DNA from: an uncultured bacterium
GTDB taxonomy: Bacteria; Krumholzibacteriota; Krumholzibacteriia; JACNKJ01
NCBI GenBank assembly: GCA_963695095.1
Contig: CAVOFT010000001.1
Coordinates: 1,760,001-1,824,000, forward strand
Reading direction: 5' to 3'
DNA: 64,000 nucleotides
In this document: positions 32,305 to 41,538 of the stretch, piece after piece
How the letters are laid out: each line of letters opens with the position of its first letter
Numbering within the stretch: position 1 is the first letter of the stretch
Position numbers and translations under genes: made by a program
The notes under the pieces: generated by a model
What the model was told of the DNA's origin: nothing
What the model saw: the letters and a program-made list of their open reading frames with translations, nothing else
Databases searched by the model: none

Positions 32305-33573
32305 ATGGAGCAGTTGAGGGAGATCGCGCCGTCGGCCCTGCCCGAAGCGCGGAGGGATCTCGGGCGCCTGCTCGCCTGTCGGGACGCCGAGGCCCTGGCG
32401 GCGGCCCTCGCTGCCGAGTTCCTGAGCCGCTTCCCGGAAGCACAGGGCCTCCTGGCCGTCTGTCCGGCCGAGACGCGGGATTGGGTGGTCTGGTCCCTGC
32501 CCGAGCTCACGCAAGAGCTCTGGCCGGCCAGCCACCCCGTCGTCGAGGAGCTGCGGGAGGAAACCGAGGGCAAGCTGCTCGCCCTCGAGGGCCTGAGCCC
32601 CGGGGGGGAGCTGCTGGGTCTGGCCCTGCGCGACGGTCGCCGGGCCCTCCTGGGCGCTCTGGCCTTCGTGCTGCCGGGCTCTCTGCGCCGAGAAGCGAGC
32701 GAACGCCGCGCGCGCGAGGACTGGCTGGCCGAGATCGGGCCCATCGCGGCGCTGCTGCTGGAGCGGCGGGCCCAGGCCGAGCGCCTCGAGGCCCTCGAGC
32801 AGGAGGTGGATGAGCTCGAATCGCTCAAGGCAGGCTTCGTCGACACGGTGACGCACGAGCTGCGCACGCCCCTGACCAGCATCCTCGGCTTCTCCTCGCT
32901 GGCCCTGGATCAGCCGGGGCTCGTGCCGCACGCGCCGCTGTCGGAGTTTCTCCGCTCCATTCATGACTCGGCGCTGCAGCTCGATCGCCTGATCAGCGAA
33001 GTGCTCGTCATGAGCGAGATGGCCTCGGCCGAGGGCGTGCTCGAGCTGGAGGATCGCAGCCTCGGCTCCCTGTTTGCGGAGTACCGGGAGGGCTGGCTGG
33101 GCCGACTGGCCGGCAACGAGCGCGTGCGCTTTCCCGAGGACCCCGTCCAGTGCAGCATCCGCGTGGACCCCTATCAGTTCCACCGCATCCTGGGCCACCT
33201 GCTCAAGAACGCGCTTGCCTTCTCGCCGCCGGAGAGCGCCGTGGACCTGCGTTGCAGCTTCGTCGCCGGCCGCCGGCGCAGCGACTCCACGGATTTCCTG
33301 CGCATCGACGTGGAAGACCACGGGCCGGGCATTCCGGTGGTCGAGCAGGAGCGCATCTTCCGCAAGTTCTACCAGGTGGATCGCTCGAGCACGCGTGAAC
33401 ACGGCGGCGCCGGGCTCGGCCTCAGCGTGGCCAAGGAGTTCACGGAAGCGATGGGCGGCCGCCTCTGGCTGCGCAGCGAGGCGGGGCGCGGCTCCACCTT
33501 CTCCTTCACGGTGCCGGTGCCGCGCGATACCGGCCTGGCACCGCGCCGCCCGCCGGCGGGCTCAAAGCAATAG
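32305..33573 (+). CDS. Cytoplasmic sensor histidine kinase (HisKA + HATPase_c), orphan
   Basis: FVDTVTHELRTPLTSILG, LLKNALAFS, VEDHGPGI, FYQVD, GGAGLGL, GRGSTFSF; no TM; ATG 32305 after GGGAGG (alternative start 32281). Confidence 0.92.
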   Translation: MEQLREIAPSALPEARRDLGRLLACRDAEALAAALAAEFLSRFPEAQGLLAVCPAETRDWVVWSLPELTQELWPASHPVVEELREETEGKLLALEGLSPGGELLGLALRDGRRALLGALAFVLPGSLRREASERRAREDWLAEIGPIAALLLERRAQAERLEALEQEVDELESLKAGFVDTVTHELRTPLTSILGFSSLALDQPGLVPHAPLSEFLRSIHDSALQLDRLISEVLVMSEMASAEGVLELEDRSLGSLFAEYREGWLGRLAGNERVRFPEDPVQCSIRVDPYQFHRILGHLLKNALAFSPPESAVDLRCSFVAGRRRSDSTDFLRIDVEDHGPGIPVVEQERIFRKFYQVDRSSTREHGGAGLGLSVAKEFTEAMGGRLWLRSEAGRGSTFSFTVPVPRDTGLAPRRPPAGSKQ

Positions 33574-34740
33574 CTCCGGTGTCGCCTGCAGCTCGCCGCT
33601 GACGAGCAGGCGGCCCTGCCAGTGCAGCGCATTGACCTCCGTGCGCAGGCCCCACTCCGGCGTGTAGATGCCGGGCTCCACGGAGAAGGCGACCCCCTCG
33701 ATGAGCCGCCGCTCCTCCTGCGTCTCCAGATCGTCGAGATTCGCACCCGGGCCGTGGTCCTCGCGGCCGATGCTGTGGCCGAGCCTGTGCACGAAGGCCT
33801 CGCCGTAGCCGGCGGCGGTCAAGCGCGCGCGGGCCAGGGCGTCCACCTCGCGGCCCATCGGTGCGTCCCCGGTAGCGAAGCGCTCCGCGAGGAAGGCGAG
33901 GGCCGCATCGCGCGCTTCGCGCAGGGCGTGCCAGGCGCGCTCGAGGTCCGCCGGCAGCTCGTCGCCGGCGAAGGCCATCCAGGTGAAATCGGCATAGACG
34001 GCCTCGGCAGCGCCGAGCCGCGCCCAGTAGTCCAGGAGCACGACCTGCCCCCGCGCCAGTCGCCGGGGCCGGGCGGGATCGGGGCTGTAGTGGGGGTTGC
34101 CGCTGTCCGCCGCGAAGGCCACGATGGGCGGCGCGTTGGTCTCCAGCCCCTGGGTCCGCATGGCCGCCAGCATCCAGGCCTGGAGCTCGCAATCGGTCAT
34201 CGGTGCGCCGGCAGCCAGCGCTCGGCGCAGGCGATCCAGAGCCTCGCGGCGGATGGCCTCCAGGCGCGTGGCCGCCTCGCGGTGGCTGGCGAGGGCGGCC
34301 GGGCTCCAGGGCGCCTCCAGGCGCTGGACGAGGTCGGCCGAGCTGACGATCACCAGCCCCAGCTCGCGCAGCCACTCGAGCGTGCCGCCGTCGACATGGG
34401 ACACCGTCGGCAGCGCGCCGCGCGGGGAGTACTCCATGGCGATGCGGGGCCCGCGGGGCAAGCGCTCACGGAGCAGGGCCTCCAGCTCGCGCCAGCCCTT
34501 GAAGCGCAGCTGCGCGCCGGGCAGCTGGGAGAAGTGGTGGGCCTCGACGCTGGACTGCAGGCGCAGGGGCTCGCCGGTGGCGGGGATCCAGTAGAAGAAG
34601 CGGCGCGTGAGCAGGGCGTCGGGGGGCACGGCCAGCAGCTCGCGGGCCACCGGATTGGAGCCGCGGAAGTCGTAGAGCAGCCAGCCGGCCAGCCCTTCGG
34701 CGGCGAGGGCCGCCTGCACGGTCGCCAGGGAGTGCTTCAT
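33562..34740 (-). CDS. M24 family Xaa-Pro peptidase
   Basis: GWLLYDFRGSN, NPHYSP, YADFTW, HRLGHSIG, FSVEPGIY, GLRTE. Confidence 0.9.
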   Translation of the reverse strand: MKHSLATVQAALAAEGLAGWLLYDFRGSNPVARELLAVPPDALLTRRFFYWIPATGEPLRLQSSVEAHHFSQLPGAQLRFKGWRELEALLRERLPRGPRIAMEYSPRGALPTVSHVDGGTLEWLRELGLVIVSSADLVQRLEAPWSPAALASHREAATRLEAIRREALDRLRRALAAGAPMTDCELQAWMLAAMRTQGLETNAPPIVAFAADSGNPHYSPDPARPRRLARGQVVLLDYWARLGAAEAVYADFTWMAFAGDELPADLERAWHALREARDAALAFLAERFATGDAPMGREVDALARARLTAAGYGEAFVHRLGHSIGREDHGPGANLDDLETQEERRLIEGVAFSVEPGIYTPEWGLRTEVNALHWQGRLLVSGELQATPELLL

Positions 34741-35432
34741 CGTCCACCTTTCTCGAAGCTGATCTCGTAGGGCACCCAGCAGGCGACCGGGCGGCCGTCC
34801 AGGGTGCCGGGTGCGAAGCGCAATTCGCGGATGATGCGCTCGGCCTCGCCCCGACAGGGAGCGCAATCGAAACCACTCTCGTCGAGCAGTTCCCAGGTCG
34901 AGACGCGGCCGTCGGCCTCCACCCGCAGGCGATAGCGCAGACGGCCGCTGGACTCGAGCTCGGCCAGGAGTTCGCGGCGCGGCCAGGCCGCGTAGAGGAT
35001 GCGCGGCGAGTCGCGTCCCGGCGCGCTGGCCGCGCTGCCCGGGGCGGCGCCCGCTGCCGGAGGGGAATCCGCCGTGCCCGCGGCCGGGGCGGCTGCAGGT
35101 GGGCGCTCGGGGGCCTGCTCGCCGGAGGCGGCCGGCGGTGGTGCGGGTTCGGCAGCAGCGAGCGTTGGCTCCGCGTCGGCGGTTGGCGCCGCTGGCGCCG
35201 CCGCTGCTGCGCCGCCGGCGCGGGGATCCGCCGGATCCCAGACCACCTCCACCTGCCCCCAGTCGATGCCCGCCTCGCGCTTGCTCCAGTCCGCGCGGAA
35301 GAGGGCGCCGCCGAGGCGGGGCAGCAGCTCGAAGAGCAGCCAGGTGCCGACGACCAGGCCCAGCGCTGCGAAGACCAGCCAGCGCCGCGCGCGGGGTCCC
35401 TGTCGATGCGGTTGGATTGCTTGCGGGGTCAT
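34737..35432 (-). CDS. TonB-family energy transducer (orphan)
   Basis: N-terminal TM, Pro/Ala-rich linker, C-terminal TonB_C-like (LRVEADGRVS...RFAPGTLDGRPVACWVPYEISF). Confidence 0.75.
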   Translation of the reverse strand: MTPQAIQPHRQGPRARRWLVFAALGLVVGTWLLFELLPRLGGALFRADWSKREAGIDWGQVEVVWDPADPRAGGAAAAAPAAPTADAEPTLAAAEPAPPPAASGEQAPERPPAAAPAAGTADSPPAAGAAPGSAASAPGRDSPRILYAAWPRRELLAELESSGRLRYRLRVEADGRVSTWELLDESGFDCAPCRGEAERIIRELRFAPGTLDGRPVACWVPYEISFEKGGR

Positions 35433-35471
35433 CTCCCTGGGACTTATAAGGGGAGAGCCCGCCAACCGCAA
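35421..35471. promoter_or_regulatory. Symmetric bidirectional promoter
   Basis: TTGCGG-18-TATAAG on + and TTGCGG-17-TATAAG on -, sharing palindrome CTTATAAG (35443-35450) between divergent genes. Confidence 0.45.
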
Positions 35472-35486
35472 GGCAAGGGAGAAGCC

Positions 35487-36974
35487 ATGGCCGCCACCGT
35501 CGCAGAGCTTGCCGCCTGTCTCGCAGAGGAGCCGGGCGCGCCGCTGCGCCTGGAGGGGCTGCGCCTGCGCCGGGGCGATGGGGGACCGCTGCTGGCCGAG
35601 TCCGTCCAGATCGCCGGCGGCCGCTTCGTCCCGGTGACGGGCGAGGCGCGCGGCCTCGATCTCGGGGGCTGGGTGCTCCTGCCCGGCCTCTGCGACGCGC
35701 ATCTGCACCTCTTCCACGAGGCGCGCCGCCGCCTGCGCGTGGATCTGTCGGGGATCGTCCGGCGAGCAGAGCTCTGGGAGCGGCTGGAGGCCGGCGCCCG
35801 GAACGAGGGCCCCTTGATCGGCGTCGGCTGGGACGAGAGCGCCTGGGACGAGCCCCGCTTCCCCAGCCAGGCCGAGCTGGATGATCGTTTCCCCGGGCGT
35901 CCGGTGGGGCTGATCCGCGTCTGCGGGCACCTGGCTGTCGCCAGCGGCGAGGCCTTGCGCCTCCTGGGCAAGGCGGCCCCAGCGGGTCTGCTCCTGGAGG
36001 CGGATGCGGTGGCCCTGGCCCGCCGCTTTCCCCTCGAGCGCAGGGCGCTGCTGGATGCCGCCGGCGAGGTGGCCCGCGCCTTCGCCCGTCACGGGCTGAC
36101 TGCGGTGACCGACATGGGGGCGGCCGAGCTGCCGGCCCTGGCGGCGGCCCTGCCGGCCGACTTCCCCCTGCGCCTCGAGTACTTCCACGCCGGCCCGCTG
36201 GCCGAACTGCCCGCGCCCAGCGCCGGGGCCGCCGGGCGCCCGCTGGGCCGCAAGTTCTTCCTCGACGGTTCGATCGGCGGCCGGACGGCCGCGGTGGCGG
36301 CGCCCTACGCCGAAGGTGGCCGGGGCAGCCTGCTCATCGCCGATGCCGACCTGCGCGCGCAGGTGGAAGCGGCCCTCGGCGCAGGCTGGAGCGTCGCGCT
36401 GCACGCCATCGGCGAGCGGGCGCTGGCCCAGGCCCTCGAGGTCCTCGCCGCCCTGCGGCCGCCGGCCGGCCGCGCGCGGCTCGAGCACGTGGAGATGCTC
36501 GCGCCCGGACAGGCCGAGCGCGCCGCGGCCCTGGGCGCCGCCGTCTGCATGCAGCCCAACTTCATGGACCGCTGGGGACGCCCGGGGGGCCTCTATGCGC
36601 GCGCCCTGGGCGAGGATTACCGGGCCCGCTTCGGCGGCCCCGCCGACTGGCGGCGGGCCGGGGTCTGTCTCGCCTACGGTACCGATGGCATGCCCGCCGC
36701 GCTCTGGCCGGCCTTGCGGGCCGCCGTGGACGCCGAGCTCTTCGGCGCGGCCCGCGACGAGCCCGCCGCCGCCCTGGCGGCCGTGACCGGCGATGCGGCC
36801 CGCGCCGCGGGTCGGGAGGGCGCCTGGGGGAGCGTCGTGCCCGGCTGTTCCGCGGACTTTTGCCTTGTGGAGCGGGATCCCTGTGCCGATTACTTCAAGG
36901 ACGATGTGGAGGCGGCGCTCACCGTGCGTGCGGGCCGTCCCACCTGGCTCGCCCCCCCGCCCCAAGGACGGTGA
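35487..36974 (+). CDS. Amidohydrolase 3 family (YtcJ-like)
   Basis: PGLCDAHLH, GVGWDE, RVCGH, KFFLDGSIGGRTA, HAIGERA, RLEHVE, MQPNF, YGTD. Confidence 0.88.
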   Translation: MAATVAELAACLAEEPGAPLRLEGLRLRRGDGGPLLAESVQIAGGRFVPVTGEARGLDLGGWVLLPGLCDAHLHLFHEARRRLRVDLSGIVRRAELWERLEAGARNEGPLIGVGWDESAWDEPRFPSQAELDDRFPGRPVGLIRVCGHLAVASGEALRLLGKAAPAGLLLEADAVALARRFPLERRALLDAAGEVARAFARHGLTAVTDMGAAELPALAAALPADFPLRLEYFHAGPLAELPAPSAGAAGRPLGRKFFLDGSIGGRTAAVAAPYAEGGRGSLLIADADLRAQVEAALGAGWSVALHAIGERALAQALEVLAALRPPAGRARLEHVEMLAPGQAERAAALGAAVCMQPNFMDRWGRPGGLYARALGEDYRARFGGPADWRRAGVCLAYGTDGMPAALWPALRAAVDAELFGAARDEPAAALAAVTGDAARAAGREGAWGSVVPGCSADFCLVERDPCADYFKDDVEAALTVRAGRPTWLAPPPQGR

Positions 36975-39691
36975 CCGTGATCTCCACTGCCGCCCAGCAC
37001 CTGCCGCGCCGGCGCCTCGCGCTCGGACTGCTGGTCCTGCTGCTTCTGGTCGCCGCCTGCGAGAAGGACAGCGAAGTTCTGGACATCGTTCCGCCCGGAG
37101 CGCCCATCGCGGCCCTGATCCGCGTCTCCGCGCCGGACGGCGGGGGTCTGCTCACCGTGACCGGCCAGGCGGGGGCGGTGGAGGCGGGCGCCACCGTGCG
37201 CGCGACCAACGTGACCGCCGCCGGGACGAGCGTCAGCGCGACGGCCGGTGGCAACGGCGCCTTCACCCTGCGCCTCGCCGGGAGCCTGCTCGACATCGTG
37301 CGCCTGCGCGCGCTGGACGCCGCCGGCAACCAGAGCAGCTTCACGGACATCGTCGCCGGTGCGCCCTTCACGCTCGCGGCGGTGAGCGGCGATGCGCAGA
37401 GCGGCGGCGTCGGGGAGACCCTGCCGGCGCCGCTCGTCTTTGCCCTCAGGGATGGCGAGGGCGAAGCGGTAGCGGGCGTCGGCATCGTCTTCGCGCTGGC
37501 GGCCGGCGCCGGCAGCTTCAGTCCCGCCACGGGCACGACGGCTGCGAGCGGCGAGGTCAGCACCCAGCTCACCCTGGGCACCGTTGCCGACACGCTGATC
37601 ATCCTGCCGCGCGGCGCCAGCCTGGCCATTGACGTGGTGGAGGCGATGGGCGCACGCGCCCTGCCGGGGCCGCCGGCGGCCCTGGCCTGGACAGCGGGCA
37701 GCGGCCAGAAGGACGCGCCCGGCCAGACCCTGCTGGCCACGCTGCTCGTGCAAGCGCAGGACGCCTACGGCAACGGCGTGGCGGGCGTGGCGATCGGCCT
37801 CGCCGCCAGCGGGGGCGGCAGCGCACTGCCCGCTGCGGGCGAGAGCGGCGCGGACGGCAAGCTGGGTTGCGCCTGGACCCTGGGCGCCGGCCTGGGCAGC
37901 CAGACCCTGACGGCCAGCGCCGCCGGCCTCCCCGATGCGGTGGCGACGGCCGAAGCCGATGACCCGCCCTCGATCAGCGCGGTCAATCCGATCACGCCCG
38001 TCGATCCCGGGGACCTGCTCGCCGTCGACGGCGACAACTTCTGCGCGACCCCCGCCTACAACGACCTGCGTCTCGATGCCCTGCCGCTCGCAGTGGTGGC
38101 CGCCAGCGAGACCCACCTGGGGGCCCGCGTGCCGGCGGGGACGCCGGCGGGCGTCTACACGCTGAGCCTGCGCGTCGGCCACCAGGAGGCCGCCGAGACC
38201 TTCCTCGTCGAGGTGGTCCAGCCCCTGGGCCTGGTCGAGGATCATCCCCTGGTCGCGGGCAGCGCGACGATCGAGCTGGCCCTCGCCGAGACGACCAGCC
38301 GCTACGCGCTCATTCCCTACAATCTCGACTACTGGCAGCCGGGCCAGCCCAACTACAGCTATGCTCAGGAGGGCTACGGCATCGGGGCAGCGGCCTTCGC
38401 GCGCAGCGCGCGCGAGGCGGCCGCCGATCCGGCGGGGGACTTCCACCGCCGCCTGCTCGCCTACCGCGGCGAGGGCGCCTACACGGGCGCGCGGGCCGAG
38501 CGCGGCGCGGCGCCGGACCTCGGCGATCAGGAGCCCTTCTTCTGCCTGAAAACGGCTTCCGGCTGGACGACGGACCCGGCTAGTTATGCCGCGATCACGG
38601 CCACGCTGCGCTACATCGGCGCCCACACGCTGATCTACGTGGACAATGCGACGCCGGCCGCCAACCTGCCCGCGGCGAACCTGAACGCGCTGGGCAACCG
38701 CTTCGACCAGACCGACTACGGCATCGATGTCGCCGCCTTCGGCCAGCCCAGCGACGAGGACGAGAATGGCAAGGTGATCATCCTGCTCAGCCCGGTCGTC
38801 AACGCGATGACGACCTGGAACGACGGCTCCTACATCGGCGGCTTCTTCAATTCCATCGACCTGGACATCTGGTACAACATCAACGGCACGAGCAACCATG
38901 GCGAGTTCTTCTACGCCATCGTGCCCGATCCGAGCGGCCAGTTCAGCCCGGTCGCCCATCCGATCGCCGACACGATCAGCTCCCTGCAGAGCATCTTCGC
39001 GCACGAGTTCCAGCACATGATCAACACCGGCCAGCGCTACATCATCCAGGGCGACCTGAACAGCCCCGGCGAGGAGCTCTGGCTGAACGAAGGGCTCAGT
39101 CACCTGGGCGAGAATCTCTGCGGTTACGATGCCCAGAACACCGCGCGCGTGAAGCTCTATCTTCAAGGTGGAGTCCATGCGGCGACCAGTCTGATCCAGG
39201 GCCCGGCCACTCTCGCCGAGCGCGGGGCGGCCTACCTCTTCTGTCGCTACCTGGCCGATCGCTGGCCGGGCGTCGCCTTCACGCGCAGCCTGATCGGCGG
39301 CCCCGCGGCCGGCCCGGCCAACGTGGCCCAGGCGACGGGCGCGAGCTTCAACCAGCTGTTCAAGGACTGGACGGCGGCGATCTACCTGGACGACCGCGAT
39401 CTGGACGGCGACGGGCAGCCCGACGATCTGGGCGCGGCCTACCGCTTCACGAGCCACAACATCCGCACGGACTTTCCCTACCCGGGCGGCCCGGCCGAAG
39501 CGCTCAGCGTGCCCACGCTCTACGCCCACGCGCCGAGCTGGTCGGATGCCCTGGCTCCGAGCGCGATGGACTTCCTGCACGTGGCCGTCGGACCCGGTCA
39601 GCAGCCGCCTGCGGGCGGCATCCTGGCGCTGCGCGTCACGGGTTCGGCCAGCGGCGGCATGGGCGTGCTCAGCATCCGGGTGGCGCACTGA
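36971..39691 (+). CDS. Surface lipoprotein with Ig-like/IPT domains and a zinc metallopeptidase domain (M30/M6-like)
   Basis: Lipobox LVAAC; SGDAQSG Ig repeats; DENGKVIIL, GGFF, AHEFQHMIN, WLNEGLSH; DLDGDG. Confidence 0.78.
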   Translation: MTVISTAAQHLPRRRLALGLLVLLLLVAACEKDSEVLDIVPPGAPIAALIRVSAPDGGGLLTVTGQAGAVEAGATVRATNVTAAGTSVSATAGGNGAFTLRLAGSLLDIVRLRALDAAGNQSSFTDIVAGAPFTLAAVSGDAQSGGVGETLPAPLVFALRDGEGEAVAGVGIVFALAAGAGSFSPATGTTAASGEVSTQLTLGTVADTLIILPRGASLAIDVVEAMGARALPGPPAALAWTAGSGQKDAPGQTLLATLLVQAQDAYGNGVAGVAIGLAASGGGSALPAAGESGADGKLGCAWTLGAGLGSQTLTASAAGLPDAVATAEADDPPSISAVNPITPVDPGDLLAVDGDNFCATPAYNDLRLDALPLAVVAASETHLGARVPAGTPAGVYTLSLRVGHQEAAETFLVEVVQPLGLVEDHPLVAGSATIELALAETTSRYALIPYNLDYWQPGQPNYSYAQEGYGIGAAAFARSAREAAADPAGDFHRRLLAYRGEGAYTGARAERGAAPDLGDQEPFFCLKTASGWTTDPASYAAITATLRYIGAHTLIYVDNATPAANLPAANLNALGNRFDQTDYGIDVAAFGQPSDEDENGKVIILLSPVVNAMTTWNDGSYIGGFFNSIDLDIWYNINGTSNHGEFFYAIVPDPSGQFSPVAHPIADTISSLQSIFAHEFQHMINTGQRYIIQGDLNSPGEELWLNEGLSHLGENLCGYDAQNTARVKLYLQGGVHAATSLIQGPATLAERGAAYLFCRYLADRWPGVAFTRSLIGGPAAGPANVAQATGASFNQLFKDWTAAIYLDDRDLDGDGQPDDLGAAYRFTSHNIRTDFPYPGGPAEALSVPTLYAHAPSWSDALAPSAMDFLHVAVGPGQQPPAGGILALRVTGSASGGMGVLSIRVAH

Positions 39692-39720
39692 TCGCCGCGG
39701 GGCTACGGAGCTGCCAAGGA

Positions 39721-39749
39721 AAAGGCCCCCTCCCGGGGAGGGGGCCTTT
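39721..39749. terminator. Bidirectional rho-independent terminator
   Basis: AAAGGCCCCCTCC-CGG-GGAGGGGGCCTTT between convergent genes. Confidence 0.75.
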
Positions 39750-39793
39750 CGTCATCGTCGAGTCGCCGTTGCCGCTGCTAGAGGCGAAGCCTT

Positions 39794-40441
39794 CTAGTAG
39801 AGCGCCCGGATCCGGCTCATGTTGCTGGATTCCGTGGCGACGGTCTCCGTCGTGAAGATCCGGCCGGCCCAGCGCGTGTGATAGCCGGGGGGCACCTGCA
39901 CGCTCGCATTGGCGCTGATCCCGTTGAAGATCTGCCACTCGAGCATGGCCAGGTCGCCCAGTTCGGCCAGCCGGCTGCCGCCCGTGAAGGTGCAGTAGCC
40001 GTTGATGGTCCCGACGTCGGTCAGCGTGTTGAACAGGATGACCGCCGAGGAGAGGGTTCCGGTCAGGGCCGCCGTGCCGTCGCTGCCGGTGGCGATACCC
40101 GTGGCCGGGCTCGCCCCGTAGTCCAGGTCGAAGTCGGCATCCTCGTAGATCCCGATCGTGCCGCCGGCGAACTGATAGTTCTCGAAGATGCTCACCTGCG
40201 AGTAGCTCGTCAGCACCATGTCGGTGATGACCCAGGTGACCTCGTAACCCACGTAGTCGAAGTCGAAGGGGGGATTCTCCGGCTGCAGGGGCTCGAAGAG
40301 CCCGACGCCGCCGGCCATGTCCCCGGGTGTCGTCCCCTCGAGGTAGCCGTAGCCCTGCTTCAGGAAGTTGTAGATCGTGTCAGCGGAGGCAGGGACCGCC
40401 ATCAGGAGGAGGAGAACCACCCCGATGATCGCTTTTCTCAT
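39794..40441 (-). CDS. Secreted acidic beta-rich protein ending VATESSNMSRIRALY
   Basis: ATG 40441 after AAGGAG; signal peptide MRKAIIGVVLLLLMAVPASA; paralogous to the upstream gene. Confidence 0.8.
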   Translation of the reverse strand: MRKAIIGVVLLLLMAVPASADTIYNFLKQGYGYLEGTTPGDMAGGVGLFEPLQPENPPFDFDYVGYEVTWVITDMVLTSYSQVSIFENYQFAGGTIGIYEDADFDLDYGASPATGIATGSDGTAALTGTLSSAVILFNTLTDVGTINGYCTFTGGSRLAELGDLAMLEWQIFNGISANASVQVPPGYHTRWAGRIFTTETVATESSNMSRIRALY

Positions 40442-40480
40442 GCTGTGTCTCCTTAGCTGTAGTGTCACGGCCTCTGCTCC

Positions 40481-41143
40481 CTAGTAGAGGGCCTTGATCT
40501 GGCTCAGGCTGGAGTTATCGACTGCAATGTACTCCACCCAGACTTCGCCGTCGAGGGAGAGCTCGTAGCCGGCGGGGATGCCCGGATTGTGGGGCGGAAT
40601 CAGCGAGCCGCCGAAGGTGTAGGCTTCCTCGGTGAAGTAGGCGATCGCGCTGCCGCCCGTGAGCGAGATGTGTCCTTCGAAGACGCCCATGCCCAGATCG
40701 CGCCAGATCGTCATCGCGAAATCGGTGAAGGGCCCGGTAAGCCACGCCGTGCCGTCAAAGAAGCTCGGCGGCGGGGTGGGGATGCTCGGATACTCGTTCC
40801 AGTCCGAGTTCATGGCGGCATCCTCGTAGATGGCGAAGCTGCCGAGATTGTAGACGATCGTCGATACACCGGAGTTGACGATCTCGCCGTTGGAGATCAG
40901 CCCCGTGACGACGAGCGTGTACTCGAAGTCGGCGGGGAAGTAGGGGAGCGCGCCAGGGGCATCGATGCTGGTGACGCGCGAAATGAGGTGGATTTCGTCG
41001 CCGGGATCCGAGAACTCGAAGCCACCCACCTCGTAGCCGTATCCCGAGAAGTGGATGATGATGTTGCCTTGGGCCAGCAGCGACGTTGCTCCCAAGGCGA
41101 GTACCGCGGCAGCGGCAAGAGCAATCATGAGCGATTTCTTCAA
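40481..41143 (-). CDS. Secreted acidic beta-rich protein ending IAVDNSSLSQIKALY
   Basis: TTG start 7 nt after GGGAGG; signal peptide; shared motifs IYED, DGTAxLTG, TGGS, PxGY. Confidence 0.8.
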   Translation of the reverse strand: MKKSLMIALAAAAVLALGATSLLAQGNIIIHFSGYGYEVGGFEFSDPGDEIHLISRVTSIDAPGALPYFPADFEYTLVVTGLISNGEIVNSGVSTIVYNLGSFAIYEDAAMNSDWNEYPSIPTPPPSFFDGTAWLTGPFTDFAMTIWRDLGMGVFEGHISLTGGSAIAYFTEEAYTFGGSLIPPHNPGIPAGYELSLDGEVWVEYIAVDNSSLSQIKALY

Positions 41144-41331
41144 CAGACGACCTCCCGAGTTGAGCTGCTCCGTGAGCCTAGGCGAGGCGAGGGGTAGCAC
41201 CAGTTGTCTCGCTCGGCTCGCTGTTATCCACAGGCCGCAGGTCCGAAGCCAGGGCCGCCACATTGACGGCCAGCATCCAGAGCCACGTGCTCGATGAAAC
41301 CCAGAGAAAGCTCGCGGTGCACGCAGGGACG

Positions 41332-41360
41332 ATTATACCCTTGCCGCCGGCGCTGTACAA
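41332..41360 (-). promoter_or_regulatory. Strong sigma70-type promoter for the two secreted paralogs
   Basis: TTGTAC-17 nt-TATAAT on the minus strand; implies a 5' leader of about 180 nt. Confidence 0.6.
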
Positions 41361-41538
41361 CAGCATTTGCGGCCCTCCGCGGGTTCCAGGGCAAGATCCT
41401 TGCGTTTAGTTCGAATTGTCTCATTCTGGTGTCAACACTCGGCTTCCGGGCCGCCTTTCGACTTGACAGTGCGCGGAGACGGACCCTAGATGGTGAGCGG
41501 GCGCCTGCCGCCCTCTCCTGGTCGCCTGCGAGCGGGGA

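Noticed and set aside
41224..41232. Replication origin
   Set aside because: Only one DnaA box, no box cluster or AT-rich unwinding element, and no dnaA/dnaN nearby
41389..41404. sigma54-like site GGGCAA-GATCC-TTGCG upstream of the 41539 operon
   Set aside because: Spacing is right but there are two mismatches in the -24 element, and a competing TTGACA lies at 41463; too ambiguous to call
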